A stretch of DNA of 64,000 nucleotides from Adineta vaga (taxonomy: Eukaryota > Animalia > Rotifera): the NCBI GenBank assembly GCA_021613535.1, contig CP075492.1, forward strand, positions 18,848,001 to 18,912,000. The letters run 5' to 3'. This document shows, piece by piece, positions 48,537-60,838 of the stretch. The notes beneath the pieces are model-generated. The model did no database searches and was not told where the DNA came from. It was given only the letters and a program-made list of their open reading frames with translations. The position numbers were made by a program, and so were the translations under genes. The stretch's first letter is position 1; every line of letters starts with the position of its first letter.

Positions 48537-50594
48537 TTATTTTACTATTTTCCACTCATAGTGACGAAGTGGTTCGATCGCTTTTTTCAAATCCATAGTT
48601 TGGCAATGTTTCCTAGATGATTCAAATTCCATTGGATATTTCACTGTCAGATCAAATGAACTAAGTTCTGGATGAAATTCACCTTGAGACCATGATGTTG
48701 GATCACCTTTTGATCTAACCGTAAACATAGATCTTGGAAATTCCGATACAGTTAACTTCATTTTTTCCCATATTAATTTTTGAATCAGTTCAATATTCAA
48801 TTCATATTCAACTTGTTCTAATCTACTGAACCAATAATCCGGATTACAAACTAATTCAGTTGTAATATTGATCATTTTCATAAACATCGATGATCGAGTA
48901 ATTAAATGACGATCAGACCAACCGTTATAATGTTCATCTGTCGGTAATTGAATATCATCGCGGATCATATTTATGAAATCATAATGATCACATAAATGCA
49001 ATTCATCGGCTCGTGTTATAATAAACCAATCATATTTTTCAAGTAATTGAAGTTTATTAATTTTCTGTTGTAACAACCATCGAAGTGAAAACAATACTGC
49101 AGTACGTGAATTCTGTTTACAAGTTTCTATACCACCCATAAATAATCCAGAAAGCTTACAATAATTTTTCCATTTTCCAACTATATTATTATTATTATTA
49201 CATGTATTAGCTATCATTTCATATACAAAATCCCATGCATCATGATTTGGCTCCATCCAAAGATATTGTACTCTATCGTGTAAATATGAACTAGTTTCTA
49301 AATGTGTAGTATACCATGCTAAATGAGCATTAAATGGATGTAAGAGAAACTTATGTAAAGAATTCCATGCAAGACGACCGCCACGAGCTTGGCCAAAAAT
49401 AGTTACAAGTACTCTAGGTTTCTTTTGATTCTTGCTTATCCAAGACATCGTTCTCCAGATGCCTTCTTCCAATTTCACTTTTGCTCTCCATTTCAAATTC
49501 CTGTGGACATGACTTTTATCATCATTTTGCTCTCCAATAATTTCGTCAGGTGTATAATTATATTCACTTTCGAATTTTCTTCCTAATTTCTCTTTTGCAA
49601 TATTCGAAATCATCTGAATAAGTTCCGTCAGACTTGTTGTTCTTCCACTTTTAATATCAAACACACGCTTCTTATTCTTTTTTTGTTCATATGTTAACAT
49701 CAAACTGTCTACAGCATCATCAACATAGATGAAATCGTGATATTCTTCTTTCAACTTCCACGTTGGTAAATGACCATTGACTGAATTCAATACTTTTTCT
49801 ATTAACCAACCCATCACTTGTTCATTGACATCAGTAAAATCACAATAAGGACCATAAACATTCTGAAAACGTACCGTACCAATATTGAAATCAGGAGATC
49901 GTAATAATAAATCATTTTGGTATTGTATTATTTTTTCATTGGAAGAAGATGATGAATTTAATTTTATCGATGAAATAGTTTCACCCAAAATAATCTTCGA
50001 TATTTTGTTCAATTTTGTTGCATAGAGAACATTAATCTTCATCAAAATTGTTTCATAAAATGCAGATGAATGATTCGTTGTGGAAAAACTATTTGCTAGA
50101 TGAAAACACACATCTGCTCCTCTCATATATTTGAGAGCAATATGATGATTGCGAAGATCAACAAGACAAAAGTCACGAGTAGTTGAAATTGCCCATGTAC
50201 CATCTTCATATTGTAGATTATGTAGTCGACCATGTGATAAATTATCTAAGACTTTGATTTGTGTTGCATCATACTGTTGTCTAAGACGTTTAACAAGATG
50301 ACTTCCAATTAAACCAGCACCTCCAGTAACAATGAAACGTGGATATTTAGTTGTTCGATGAAAGAGTCCATTTTTGTCATCATAATAAGTGCAATCACTA
50401 CCATCATGAAGAATATGTTGATTTTCTAAGAGAAATGATTCAACGTATACATTCGATTGAAGTTGGTTGATTATTATTTGTTGATATTGAAGAAGAATTT
50501 GTTGATAGTAAATTGGTGATTTTAGATAAAAGATCGATGTGATAATAGCGATGATGATTAATATGAAAAGACATATATATTTTGTATTAAACAT
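48537..50594 (-). CDS. Type II membrane NAD-dependent epimerase/dehydratase (GDP-mannose epimerase-like) fused to a glycosyltransferase-like domain
   Basis: N-terminal TM; IVTGGAGLIGS, RFQNVYGP and DFIYVDDAV extended-SDR motifs; C-terminal VLVTIFGQARG...YDWFIITRAD...YNGWSDRH domain; intronless. Confidence 0.85.
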   Translation of the reverse strand: MFNTKYICLFILIIIAIITSIFYLKSPIYYQQILLQYQQIIINQLQSNVYVESFLLENQHILHDGSDCTYYDDKNGLFHRTTKYPRFIVTGGAGLIGSHLVKRLRQQYDATQIKVLDNLSHGRLHNLQYEDGTWAISTTRDFCLVDLRNHHIALKYMRGADVCFHLANSFSTTNHSSAFYETILMKINVLYATKLNKISKIILGETISSIKLNSSSSSNEKIIQYQNDLLLRSPDFNIGTVRFQNVYGPYCDFTDVNEQVMGWLIEKVLNSVNGHLPTWKLKEEYHDFIYVDDAVDSLMLTYEQKKNKKRVFDIKSGRTTSLTELIQMISNIAKEKLGRKFESEYNYTPDEIIGEQNDDKSHVHRNLKWRAKVKLEEGIWRTMSWISKNQKKPRVLVTIFGQARGGRLAWNSLHKFLLHPFNAHLAWYTTHLETSSYLHDRVQYLWMEPNHDAWDFVYEMIANTCNNNNNIVGKWKNYCKLSGLFMGGIETCKQNSRTAVLFSLRWLLQQKINKLQLLEKYDWFIITRADELHLCDHYDFINMIRDDIQLPTDEHYNGWSDRHLITRSSMFMKMINITTELVCNPDYWFSRLEQVEYELNIELIQKLIWEKMKLTVSEFPRSMFTVRSKGDPTSWSQGEFHPELSSFDLTVKYPMEFESSRKHCQTMDLKKAIEPLRHYEWKIVK

Positions 50595-51406
50595 ATTTAT
50601 TAGTGAATAAAGATGAATGAAATGAAATTGCTTTTTTTCTTCTTTAAATTCTAATGTTGATCTAAAAAAATAGTTCGAAAGTATTCAATAGAACACATTA
50701 TGTGTGTAATAGTCAATATTCATTTTAGAAATGCATTACATATTATCTATAGAATATTAAAGGACAAATAGACACATATATTACGAGCACATGTTTGTGC
50801 TCTTTTTTACTAGAAAGATCACTGAAGCATAAATTGTCCCTACCACAAGCGAACTAATAAATCGTCAAGGAGCAATCGAAATAATATTTTTCCTTTTCTG
50901 TACATAATGATCAGGATAGACGTTTGTATTGCTTGTGAATGTAAAAAATCCGATTGCATATTTATTTATTCAGAATAGAAAATTAAAATATTAATTAGAT
51001 GAACTTTGTTGAAATGCCTAAAAATTTGGATTGTAAAAAAATCTGTGTTAATATACTAAGAAAATAGATAAACTGGTATGAATGCATGAAAGATCTTCTT
51101 TTTTTGCGCAATGAAAGGTCTTTTCATATATATAGATATTCATTGCATTAGCTATGTTCTTGCTTACAAGTGAATATATTGACACTGAGTATCTGACGAA
51201 TACATAGAAGATTTTATAATGTATGCAGTATATTCCATAGATATTTGAATACTAATACCCTGAGTAATCAACAATTGTTCAAGGGAAGTTAGATTAGAAT
51301 ATATTTATTCAACCACAAGAATTTAATCACAGTAAAATAGAAATAACAAAAACAGATGAAGCAAATTTGATTCATTGTCTTTGATATTATTGATTTTATA
51401 AGATAA

Positions 51407-52970
51407 TCATTTGATACGAAATCGTTGAATTCTATGATTACCATAGTCTGCCACATAAAGATACGTTTCAGTTGGATCGAGAGCTATATTACCTGGTAAT
51501 TTCAAAAGTTGACTCGTTGCACCGGCTGCACCATTTGCGTCACCAGCTACAACCGATCCTGCAGTGGCACCAATTGTCCACTTCATTACACGATTATTAT
51601 AATAATCAGCTACGTATAGAGTTTGACCATCACGCGTAATACAAAGTCCTGATGGACTACTGAATTGATTCAAACCTACTCCTACACCCCCGTTACCGGC
51701 CACTGTCACACCCGTTCCATTTCCTCCAATGATAAACTTCTGAATACGAGTGTTCGTCACGTCACTGACATAGAGCGCATTTCGATCCTCGTCCAAAGCG
51801 ATAAAACGAACATATCCCATTGTAGTACTAGTTGAACCCATAATTCCTGGTTTTCCACCAACGAGTGTACCACTAGTGGTATTGTTTGCCCATTTTACAA
51901 CCATATAACAAGAAAACATTGATACATAGATATTATTCGATCGATCAACTGCTATACCATAAGCAGTATATAGTCCTGTGTATAGACAAGAACTTGTTGA
52001 TAATCCTGCAGCTGGAAATGTACTGATATTCTTTCCTACTTTGAGAGCATAAACAATACCCTGGTTGATAAAGCGATCAGTTATATAAATGGTATTCGAA
52101 TTATCGACAGTGATATCGCCAAGTTGACCTGAACTGCTTCCATTAAAAAGTGTAATTCCAGTACGTACGAATGGTGAAAAGGCTTGGACATTATTACGAT
52201 CCCAGTCGATAACATATAAAACTCCGTCAGATGATGAAAAGGATATGCTCCAAGGACCTATTATTCCACTTGAACCAGTACCAATAGTTCCATTACAAAA
52301 ACCAGCTACTGTTTGACCAACGCCTATTGTTGGAGCTACAACAATAAATGAAAATATTTCATTTCTTTTTATCTGTATGATAAAATTGAATTAACTTACG
52401 ATCTGAACATCGATAAGTAAAATCACAACTTGGTTGACAACTAAGATTAAGATCTGATCGACACACATTCATTCCTGAACAGATTTGATTTCGAAGTAGT
52501 TGTACCAAACACATTGAACCATTCCAGAACGTCTTCAACGGACATTGACAAGTATTACTATTTGTATCACATAATTCGTATCGACTGTCAAAACATTTAT
52601 TACAGGATTGATTGTGACTATGTACATATGTATTAAATGATAATCGAATAGTACCTACAACTGATCGAGGTTTTGAAGGCGATGCAACCACAAAACCCGT
52701 TGTTGTATCAACATCCCACAGACGACATTGTTTCGAATCACTATCGAAGTCATATGTTCGGCAATCAATACGTTTGTTACATTCAAGAGAACAGTATAAC
52801 ATTCTTTTCGCTGTAAATGTGAGTAGAGGAGGTAAAGAATTATCGAAAGGGACAAATTGTCGACCTAGACTACTAATATTGAATACGGATTTATCTTCAG
52901 TACTTAATTGAATAAGAAATATTAATACGGCAAGAAAAAATAATAACAGTTGTTGAAAAAATCTCGTCAT
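51407..52970 (-). CDS. Secreted PAN/apple + EGF/EB + NHL-repeat protein
   Basis: Exon 52970-52400; phase-1 intron 52399-52336; exon 52335-51407 in frame with ORF 51919 (NHL repeats). Confidence 0.88.
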
Positions 52971-53283
52971 ATGATGTTCATAAACAACCAGAAAGAAACT
53001 ATAATGATTGCGAATAGAAACACTTTGTTTATTAATAATGGAGAAAAAAGAATCTATATGAATATTCTTTTAAAAGTCATTAGCATTCAAGTATAACTTT
53101 CAGAGAGAGAAGCTTATTTTTTTCCCTTAATTGACTATTAAATGAATGTTTACAATAAAATTATTTAACAAAATGTCCTGTTTTTGGAAGTTCTTAAATA
53201 TCATAGCATTATATATATATATATATTTCAATTAAATATTCAGCAAAGAAGAAAAGAAATGTCACTGAGATTTCAAGATTGTA

Positions 53284-53352
53284 TGAGGATGGATGTGAGT
53301 GTAGGTATGGATGAAAAAGGCACCAATACCTACAATCGACCAACACTCTCAA
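53284..53352. repeat. Degenerate telomere-like palindromic element
   Basis: TGAGGATGGATGTGAGTGTAGGTAT...ATACCTACAATCGACCAACACTCTCAA. Confidence 0.6.
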
Positions 53353-53682
53353 AAGTTTCGTGATTTATTTTCGAAATGATATCAAATAGTTAAATGTGTA
53401 TTTATATTTGAATTCGAATCAGACAATTCATGAGAAATCTTTATTAAGTAGTTTGCTTTTACTTTGATGAAAATAATAAATGACATTCAAATGGATTAAT
53501 TGTAAGAAGCGACAAATTAGTTATTTTTTCTAAATTAAAATCTTTTTCTTTTCTTTTAGATATGTCATCGAAAACTAAACTTAATTACTTTTCTTTTTTT
53601 TTCTATTGAAGTTTTCTGAATATTTCATCTTATAAAGAATTATTACAACATTTAGTTTTATTAATATTCTTAATTGATATAA

Positions 53683-54654
53683 TTAATTAAAAAATCGTAA
53701 ATAAATATCTTTAAGAGTATTTTTAAGTTCTCCACGAAACGTTTTTGATACAAACATGTTTGTATAACAACTAATACCATTTTCGATATAATATAGAAAA
53801 TATGTTAATATTAAAAGTGATTGTTCAATTGATTGTTGTTCAGCACTCTTCTCAACATATTTTGTAATTTGTTGATACATTAAAAAGAATGAAGATGGAC
53901 ATTTACAAATAACAAAACTAAATATATCAACAAGTAACATTCGAACAAGTTGATGATCTTTAGATTGAAGTGTATGTTGTTTACCAATTGTAATAGTGAC
54001 CGTATTTCTTATTCGAGAAGTCTCATGTACAAGACGTACACTATGAACATTTTTCACTGTCCAAAGTCCAAAAGTTGTCATAAGTAATGGTGGAAGAACA
54101 CCATTGATTACCAGGGCATAATAATTCATAATTGTATTGTATATACCTTGTTGACGATAACAAATATAATAATTAGGTCCATATTGTAAAATTTCCATAA
54201 GAATTAGTGCATGAATATGACATATTAACCAAAATATAGCTATAATGATCATACTTATAATTACTAAACGACGTGTGCTAATTTTTCGTATATGTGCATT
54301 TGGTGAAGTGATCAATGTACGATCGATTGATGCCAAAATAATATACGAAGATTCCAAACAGGCAAGAACAAGTGCAATATAATATTGAAATTTACATATG
54401 ACAATACTGTTTGAAGTTAAATTGATATTGTAACCAATTGTGAGCATTGCGAAAAGAAGATTCAGATAAAAACATATGAAATTAACACTGTTGATTCCTG
54501 TTAAACATGTTGCACATGGATTTTTTCTTAAAGTGCCTTTGGTAAATACCATTATATTCAATAAGCAACTGACACTTCCAACTGTTATTAAGACTGGTCC
54601 GCCATATCGAAATGTATTTTTTTGAATTGAAGACAGTAATGTTGCTGTAGACAT
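53683..54654 (-). CDS. Rhodopsin-like (class A) GPCR
   Basis: Seven hydrophobic segments; ICKFQYY (TM3 Cys); ASIDR (DRY-like); SKTFR helix 8; intronless. Confidence 0.9.
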   Translation of the reverse strand: MSTATLLSSIQKNTFRYGGPVLITVGSVSCLLNIMVFTKGTLRKNPCATCLTGINSVNFICFYLNLLFAMLTIGYNINLTSNSIVICKFQYYIALVLACLESSYIILASIDRTLITSPNAHIRKISTRRLVIISMIIIAIFWLICHIHALILMEILQYGPNYYICYRQQGIYNTIMNYYALVINGVLPPLLMTTFGLWTVKNVHSVRLVHETSRIRNTVTITIGKQHTLQSKDHQLVRMLLVDIFSFVICKCPSSFFLMYQQITKYVEKSAEQQSIEQSLLILTYFLYYIENGISCYTNMFVSKTFRGELKNTLKDIYLRFFN

Positions 54655-55193
54655 TTGAACTTGAATGAGTTCTTGGAAAGCAGAAATATAGTTTAATAAT
54701 TTTAAATATCTAAAACAAATAGTAAAGAAACTAATATATATATATATAGACAGATGATTGAAGAAAAAGAGAAAACATGAAGAAGAGAATATTAGAATTC
54801 AAGATGACATTAAACAGTTATTCAGTAAGTATAGTACTTGAAATTAATCAAATTGAAAAGATTTACCTTTTTATCCTTATTCAGAAAAAAGCCACTTAAG
54901 GACAAAATGACGTACACGATTTGTTTTTTAACTCTTATTTATGTCAATAAGTAAAACAACAAACGCTCCTCCTAAAGATTTGCCGGGCTTTTTCTGAAAG
55001 AAAATATATTATTATATATTATACTCTTCATAATTGCATAAACCCTAAGAAGTAAACATCCACTTTTCAACGATGATGGTATAGTTTACATTTTATTTAA
55101 AAAAAGGCTATATCGCAATTTGTAATATGTTCGTACATAAAAGTAAGTTAGATTTATTTTTAATGTTTTCAAGTCTCTGTCGAAATTAGAAGG

Positions 55194-55997
55194 TTATTTA
55201 GAATATTTATTGGCTAAATATTCTTCCCACGTATTCGAATTTAATGAAATATTATCACAAGTATTGTAACCTTCGGCGAAATCATTGAGAATTTCATCAA
55301 TCATCGGCATGTCAATCGCAGGTTTCTTTTCGTGATGTACTTCCAATAATGAATCCGCTATTTCTCTCATCGTATATATCTTTCTACCACCAATATCATA
55401 TGTACTATTCAATGGCGATTCTTTTACAATTTTAGCCAATTCCATAGCTACTGCATCTGTTTGAATAGGCTGAATCTTTGCGGCTTTAGAAGCGATGTCT
55501 CTTGGATAATTGACCAAACAATTTCCCATATATTCTACAAGATCGTGAAATTGAGTAGCTCGCAGTATAGTATATGGAATACCACTTTCTTTGATTAAAC
55601 GTTCACATTCCAGTTTTCCTTTGTAATAGGAAAAGGACATTTTATCAATTCCTACAATTGAAATATATATAAAATGTTTAATATTTTTTTTCGGAATAGA
55701 ATCTAATAAATTCTTTGTTAAAGTTATATCGATAGGTTGACCATTAATGGTTTCTTCAGGCAAGCTTGCAAGATATAATATTGTATCTACGTCATCATCT
55801 ATAGATTTATTGATTCCTTCGTTTTTTTTCAAATCCATATATATCCAATTCGAAGTTAATTGAGAACCAACATTATCATTATTTATTGCTTTGGGATTGC
55901 GGCTGCCAATAAGAAAAGGTGTTTGATTTGAAAGAAATATTTTTGATATTGCCTGTCCTACCGGACCAGTTCCACCAACAATCAGTACTTTTACCAT
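55194..55997 (-). CDS. NmrA-like/atypical SDR NAD(P)-binding oxidoreductase (bacterial-like)
   Basis: LIVGGTGPVG, YISIVGID, YYKGK and YTILRATQFH motifs; intronless. Confidence 0.88.
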   Translation of the reverse strand: MVKVLIVGGTGPVGQAISKIFLSNQTPFLIGSRNPKAINNDNVGSQLTSNWIYMDLKKNEGINKSIDDDVDTILYLASLPEETINGQPIDITLTKNLLDSIPKKNIKHFIYISIVGIDKMSFSYYKGKLECERLIKESGIPYTILRATQFHDLVEYMGNCLVNYPRDIASKAAKIQPIQTDAVAMELAKIVKESPLNSTYDIGGRKIYTMREIADSLLEVHHEKKPAIDMPMIDEILNDFAEGYNTCDNISLNSNTWEEYLANKYSK

Positions 55998-57701
55998 TGT
56001 TTGTGATAGTTTTATAGTAGTACGATATCTAAGAGAAAAAAGATTTTATTAACAGAAGAATCGCTGAATAATAGAAAAATTTTCCATCTCTCCTAAATTA
56101 AGAAGATCAAAATGAAAATATCAAACAAGATACTCATCGATACAAAAAAAGTATGTATGTATCTTAACTAGAAGAACGCAAATAATCAGAGAACAGAGTG
56201 GCGAGGTAAGACAGAAATATAAACATCGACATAGAAATATGACGAAGCAAGAAAAAAAGGAGAAACGAAACTGAATAAGACTGACAACGTGAGTTAATGT
56301 ATATCGATCAAGGCTGAAAGTAAAAAGAAAGAGATGAGGTTATGGAGGAAAAAAACGTAACTTTAGTATTTTGAAGTACAAATGACGAATGAATTTTTCC
56401 TCGTTCCTCACAAAACCGAAGTTGCGTTTTTTCTCCTTTCGATGTGATGCATGGCCAGACTTCCACTAATAGAGCATTCGCTAATGAAGAAAGCTATTGC
56501 GTCAAAATTGTTTTCATTGTCAACGTATTACTGTAACGTATACATCTTTTTGAGTATAGTTTGAAAAGCATCAATTGAAAACACCTAAAATATTTAAAAA
56601 AATGTGAATACATCATATTTTCACAATATAATAAGTTTTCCAGATAGTGATTGATATTGTTGGTATTATTGCTCCCGAAAATGAAAGTGGAGTATATTAT
56701 TCAAGTCAATGTCATTTTTCATCATGTGAACAGTTATTCAATGAATATTTCTATATGATAAAGCATTTTTTCTCGTTTGCTATTAACCGTGTTTTTAATT
56801 AAACAGAATCTGAAACCATATGCATTGATTTCATGAACTATATTTAAATAAGATTCTAATAAAACAATAATTTTATCGGTATGTAACATTTTGTATTATT
56901 TGATGTCATCAATGAAATGACTATAACATAATAGTATAGAAAATCGGCGTTACTCGTCGAATTCTTATCTTGAAAATGTGGATATGAATTTCTTTTCAGT
57001 GACAGATTCGAAAATTTTTGAAGAAAGGTGTAGATTTTACAGTTTCACTGAATATGAACTTGATGAGGCTTCCACCAATACTGCTGCTGGTTGTTTTCTT
57101 GAAGATGCACGATTCTTAGTAGAAGAAAGGAGAATCGAGTTAGAAGGTGTGCGTGTGTATGTGACATATTATTATCACGTGATATTTATCTCAAAGATCA
57201 GACAAAAATTTCTTTTTCCTTTTTCTAAATAAGAAATATGTTGTCTAATAATCAACAAAAATAAGACTCTGATAAGATCATTGACTAATGCTGTTTATAC
57301 TATATAACTAGTTATTTTTTTATCTCTTAAAATGTAATGAAGTAGAAATGAAATGATTTGTTAGAAATATAAGAAATGTTAGCAAAAGTATTTTCAATAT
57401 TTCAATACTATAAATTAGCATTATAATGAAATTGAATCCTTTGAAAATAAATTGAATAATGAAATCGTACAGATTATTGTTTAGAGAAACGCACTCAAAA
57501 CTAAAGCAACTACATATTTCATCACACATTCTACTGTTCGAGATACTTCTACAAACGAAAAGATTTGTTGAACTCACGTTTCTGAAAGAATAAGATAGTA
57601 AGTAGCATGAGACATATTTCTAACAGAGAAAAAATTGGTATAACTCATTCTGATTCAGTTTTTTCAAGAATAAAGAAACACGTGCATCATATTCACAATA
57701 T

Positions 57702-58855
57702 ATGATACAAAAAAAATTTAATGATTTGGATCATTCAGAATCCAAGAGTGATTGGGACGACATTGAAACAAAGTATGTCATTCAAACATTTGAATGTTTC
57801 TCTAATGTATTTAACTGTTTTTCATTGATGTATGTAGACGCACTAATAGTACTACAACACTATGTTTTCCTCATTGTAAGATTTGTATCATCGGCTTAGT
57901 AATTGGTTCGTTAATGGCTGGCATTGTTTTGGCTACAGTTTTGACAATGTGGCTGAAACCAATATCAACTATGTGTAAATGAAATTTTTTCCATTAGTAG
58001 TTATTTTATTGATCTAATAAATTTTTTTAGATAGTACGAGCACCACTACCACCACCACCACTACTACTACATCGACTACCGTAAGAAATTTGTGCAAGAT
58101 AAAAAATATTGTTTTTCATATGTAATAAACAACGAATTAGAGTACAACCACCATCGTTACTAGCACGACCTCTATGACCACGAGCACCTCCACAACATCG
58201 ACATCAAGTAGTTCTTCAACATCGACAAGCTCAACCAGTACTTCAACTACTTCCACAAGCACTAGTACTTCGACAACTTCTACAACCGCAACAACAACAG
58301 GTTCGTATTTCGTATTGGATTTACCTGTCCGAATTAAATTCTAAGAAACTAAATAGTGTATAAAACTATATTTTAGAGACGACAACTCTTGATGCATTAT
58401 ACATACCCTCAACATCGACTTGTAGTAGTACTTTAGTCACACGTAAATATTTAATTGTTTTAATGAAAAACAAAATTTAATCGTTTCATCTCTGTATTTA
58501 ATTAGCATGTACTACAACGACAACATTGATTGCCAATTGTCAAAGTTATGAAGTACAATGGAATAATCATTGTTATTATCTAGATGGTACAAATGGTACT
58601 TGTACTACGGGTTATACATTAGGTACGAATGCTATTTTAAATTGTATTGCAACTCAATTTGCTGGAAAAACTTATCGAAACGATATATCGAACAATTGTT
58701 GTGTTTGGTCAGCAGACACATATCAATGCTATGGATTTGCAGTTGGTTGTAACTCACCTGGACCATTTACAGTTGGGCCAACAGTTAGTGGTGCAGGTTG
58801 CACAAACCTTCAATTACGAAATTCTTTACAATTATCATTCTGTGGATCAATTTAA
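57702..58855 (+). CDS. Type II membrane mucin-like protein with C-terminal Cys-rich (lectin-like) domain
   Basis: Exons at ~57702-57772, 57838-57974 (TM IIGLVIGSLMAGIVLATVLTMWL), Thr/Ser-rich 58031-58080, 58141-58300 and 58377-58442, and last exon 58506-58855 (CQSYEVQWNNHCYYLDG). Short GT-AG introns. Confidence 0.75.
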
Positions 58856-59346
58856 TTAAAAGAAGATATTCTAATGATTGTATATTTGTTTTTGATTATG
58901 AATAACAGAAAAATTGCACATATTTATGCTATTCTTTCAGTGATGTAGTTTGTGATTAATTCAATAAAGTTTTTCGATTGACGATATACAAATAAACGTT
59001 TGAAATTGGATATTTTCGTTAGTGGTATGTATTTCAACAATGTCATCTAACAATGACAATGCTTTGCTCTTATTGTAATCTACTTTTGCCATGAAAAACA
59101 CGACGATTATTTTAAATTTTATAAAGTGTAATTGTGATAAAGTATATTTATTCTCTTATCCTTGGAATGAAGAATAATAACTACAAGAAAAAGTGTATAT
59201 CATCAGTATGAGAAAATTGAAAGATGACATATATTCATATTGCATATGTCATTCTCTAAATAATTTAAATAGTTTTTCTATTGTGCTTCAATCTATTTCA
59301 TTTTAATTCTTTTCCTAAGTAGTGTACATCTATAGGATCATTTTAA

Positions 59347-60542
59347 ATGATTTATTTTACTGTGTTTTCGTTGTTTATATGGATGTAAGTAAAGGAAATA
59401 TATTTTCATAGTAATAAGAATAACTACTACGTAGTTTCATTGCATTTTAGACTATCAAATGAAGGTGGATCAGGTATGCCTGCTCATACTGCAACCTTGT
59501 TCAAGTCGCGTAAAAACATTAGCAATGAGCAATCAGCTAATGATTTAGTTATTAGTGAAATATATGATCCATCAACAGATCAATGGACTACAAGTGGAAG
59601 TATGAAAAGATTTCGTCTATTTCACACGGCAACTCTACTCAATTCTGGAAATGTTCTCGTTTGTGGTAGTGGAGGATATACTGGTTATACAGCTACATGT
59701 GAACTATATGATGTAACAACTGAGAATGGCGTAATGTTGCAAACATGTTAACACCTCGAGGTTTCCATACTGCAACATTACTCAAATCCGGTCAAGTTCT
59801 TGTTACTGGTGGTAGTACCTACGATATCGATGGTAGTCTAGCAACTTGTGAAATGTATGATCCATTAACAGACAAATGGACTTCTGCTGCTAACATGACG
59901 GGAGGACGTTCTGAGCATACTGCAACTTTACTCAATTCAGGAAAAGTACTTATCACAAGTGATGCAGATAGTTCTCAAATATATGATCCAACAACGAATC
60001 AATGGAGCGCACTTAAAAGTATGGGACCAAAAGCACGTTATAGTACTACTGCAACTATGATCCAATCAGAGAAAGTTCTTGTTATTGCTGGTATTGAATT
60101 AGCTAAATATTCGGGTACAACTGAAATCTATGATCCATCAACAGATCAATGGGATACTGTTGGCAGTATGGTAACACCACGTTCACGTCATACATCAATT
60201 TTGCTCAAATCTGGTCGAGTTCTTGCCACTGGTGGTGTAGGAGATACAGATTTTTTAGCTAGTTGTGAATTATATGATCCAACAACGACCAAATGGGAAA
60301 CTATTACTAGTATGACAGAAGAACGTTCTTCTCATACGACAACAATGCTTAAATCAGGAAAAATTCTTGCTACTGGTGGCTATGGATATACAGGTTTTCT
60401 CGATAGCTCGGAAATATACGATCCATCAACAGGCAAATGGATGTCTTCTGGAAAGCTCTCAGCACCACGTTCTTCTCATACAGCTACGATGCTCAATTCA
60501 GGCAAAATTCTTATCACTGGTGGTGAAAAACAGGGCAATTAG
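59347..60542 (+). pseudogene. Secreted kelch/galactose-oxidase-type repeat gene with frameshift
   Basis: Signal exon 59347-59384; intron to 59450; RxxHTATLLxSGxVLVxGG repeats. A frameshift near 59722 separates ORFs 59440 and 59745. Confidence 0.75.
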
Positions 60543-60640
60543 ATGGGTATACTTCATCCAAAAACAAAACAACTGTCTAATAACATTTATTTTAATATTT
60601 GAACAATAAAATCGTTAAAGAGATGAATTCGTGTGTTATA

Positions 60641-60693
60641 TGAGAGAGAGAGACAGTGAAAAAGAGCAGTCCATTCTAAACCCACACCCCTCA
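60641..60693. repeat. Palindromic element, intact C-arm only
   Basis: CCCACACCCCTCA(GAT) at 60681-60693, with a degenerate TGAGAG left arm. Confidence 0.45.
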
Positions 60694-60838
60694 GATAATA
60701 TTTTCTTTCAGAACATGCTTATTCTTAATTAGACGTCAAACAAATACAAGCGTCATCTTTAACAATTTAAAATAGATTGGATGAATCGTTTCAATCAATC
60801 AAATGTGCGAGAATTTCAGTGTATAAGAGTACTAAATC

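Noticed and set aside
53209-53226. (TA)n microsatellites (also ~2975, 38073, 54735)
   Set aside because: Ordinary short repeats in AT-rich DNA.
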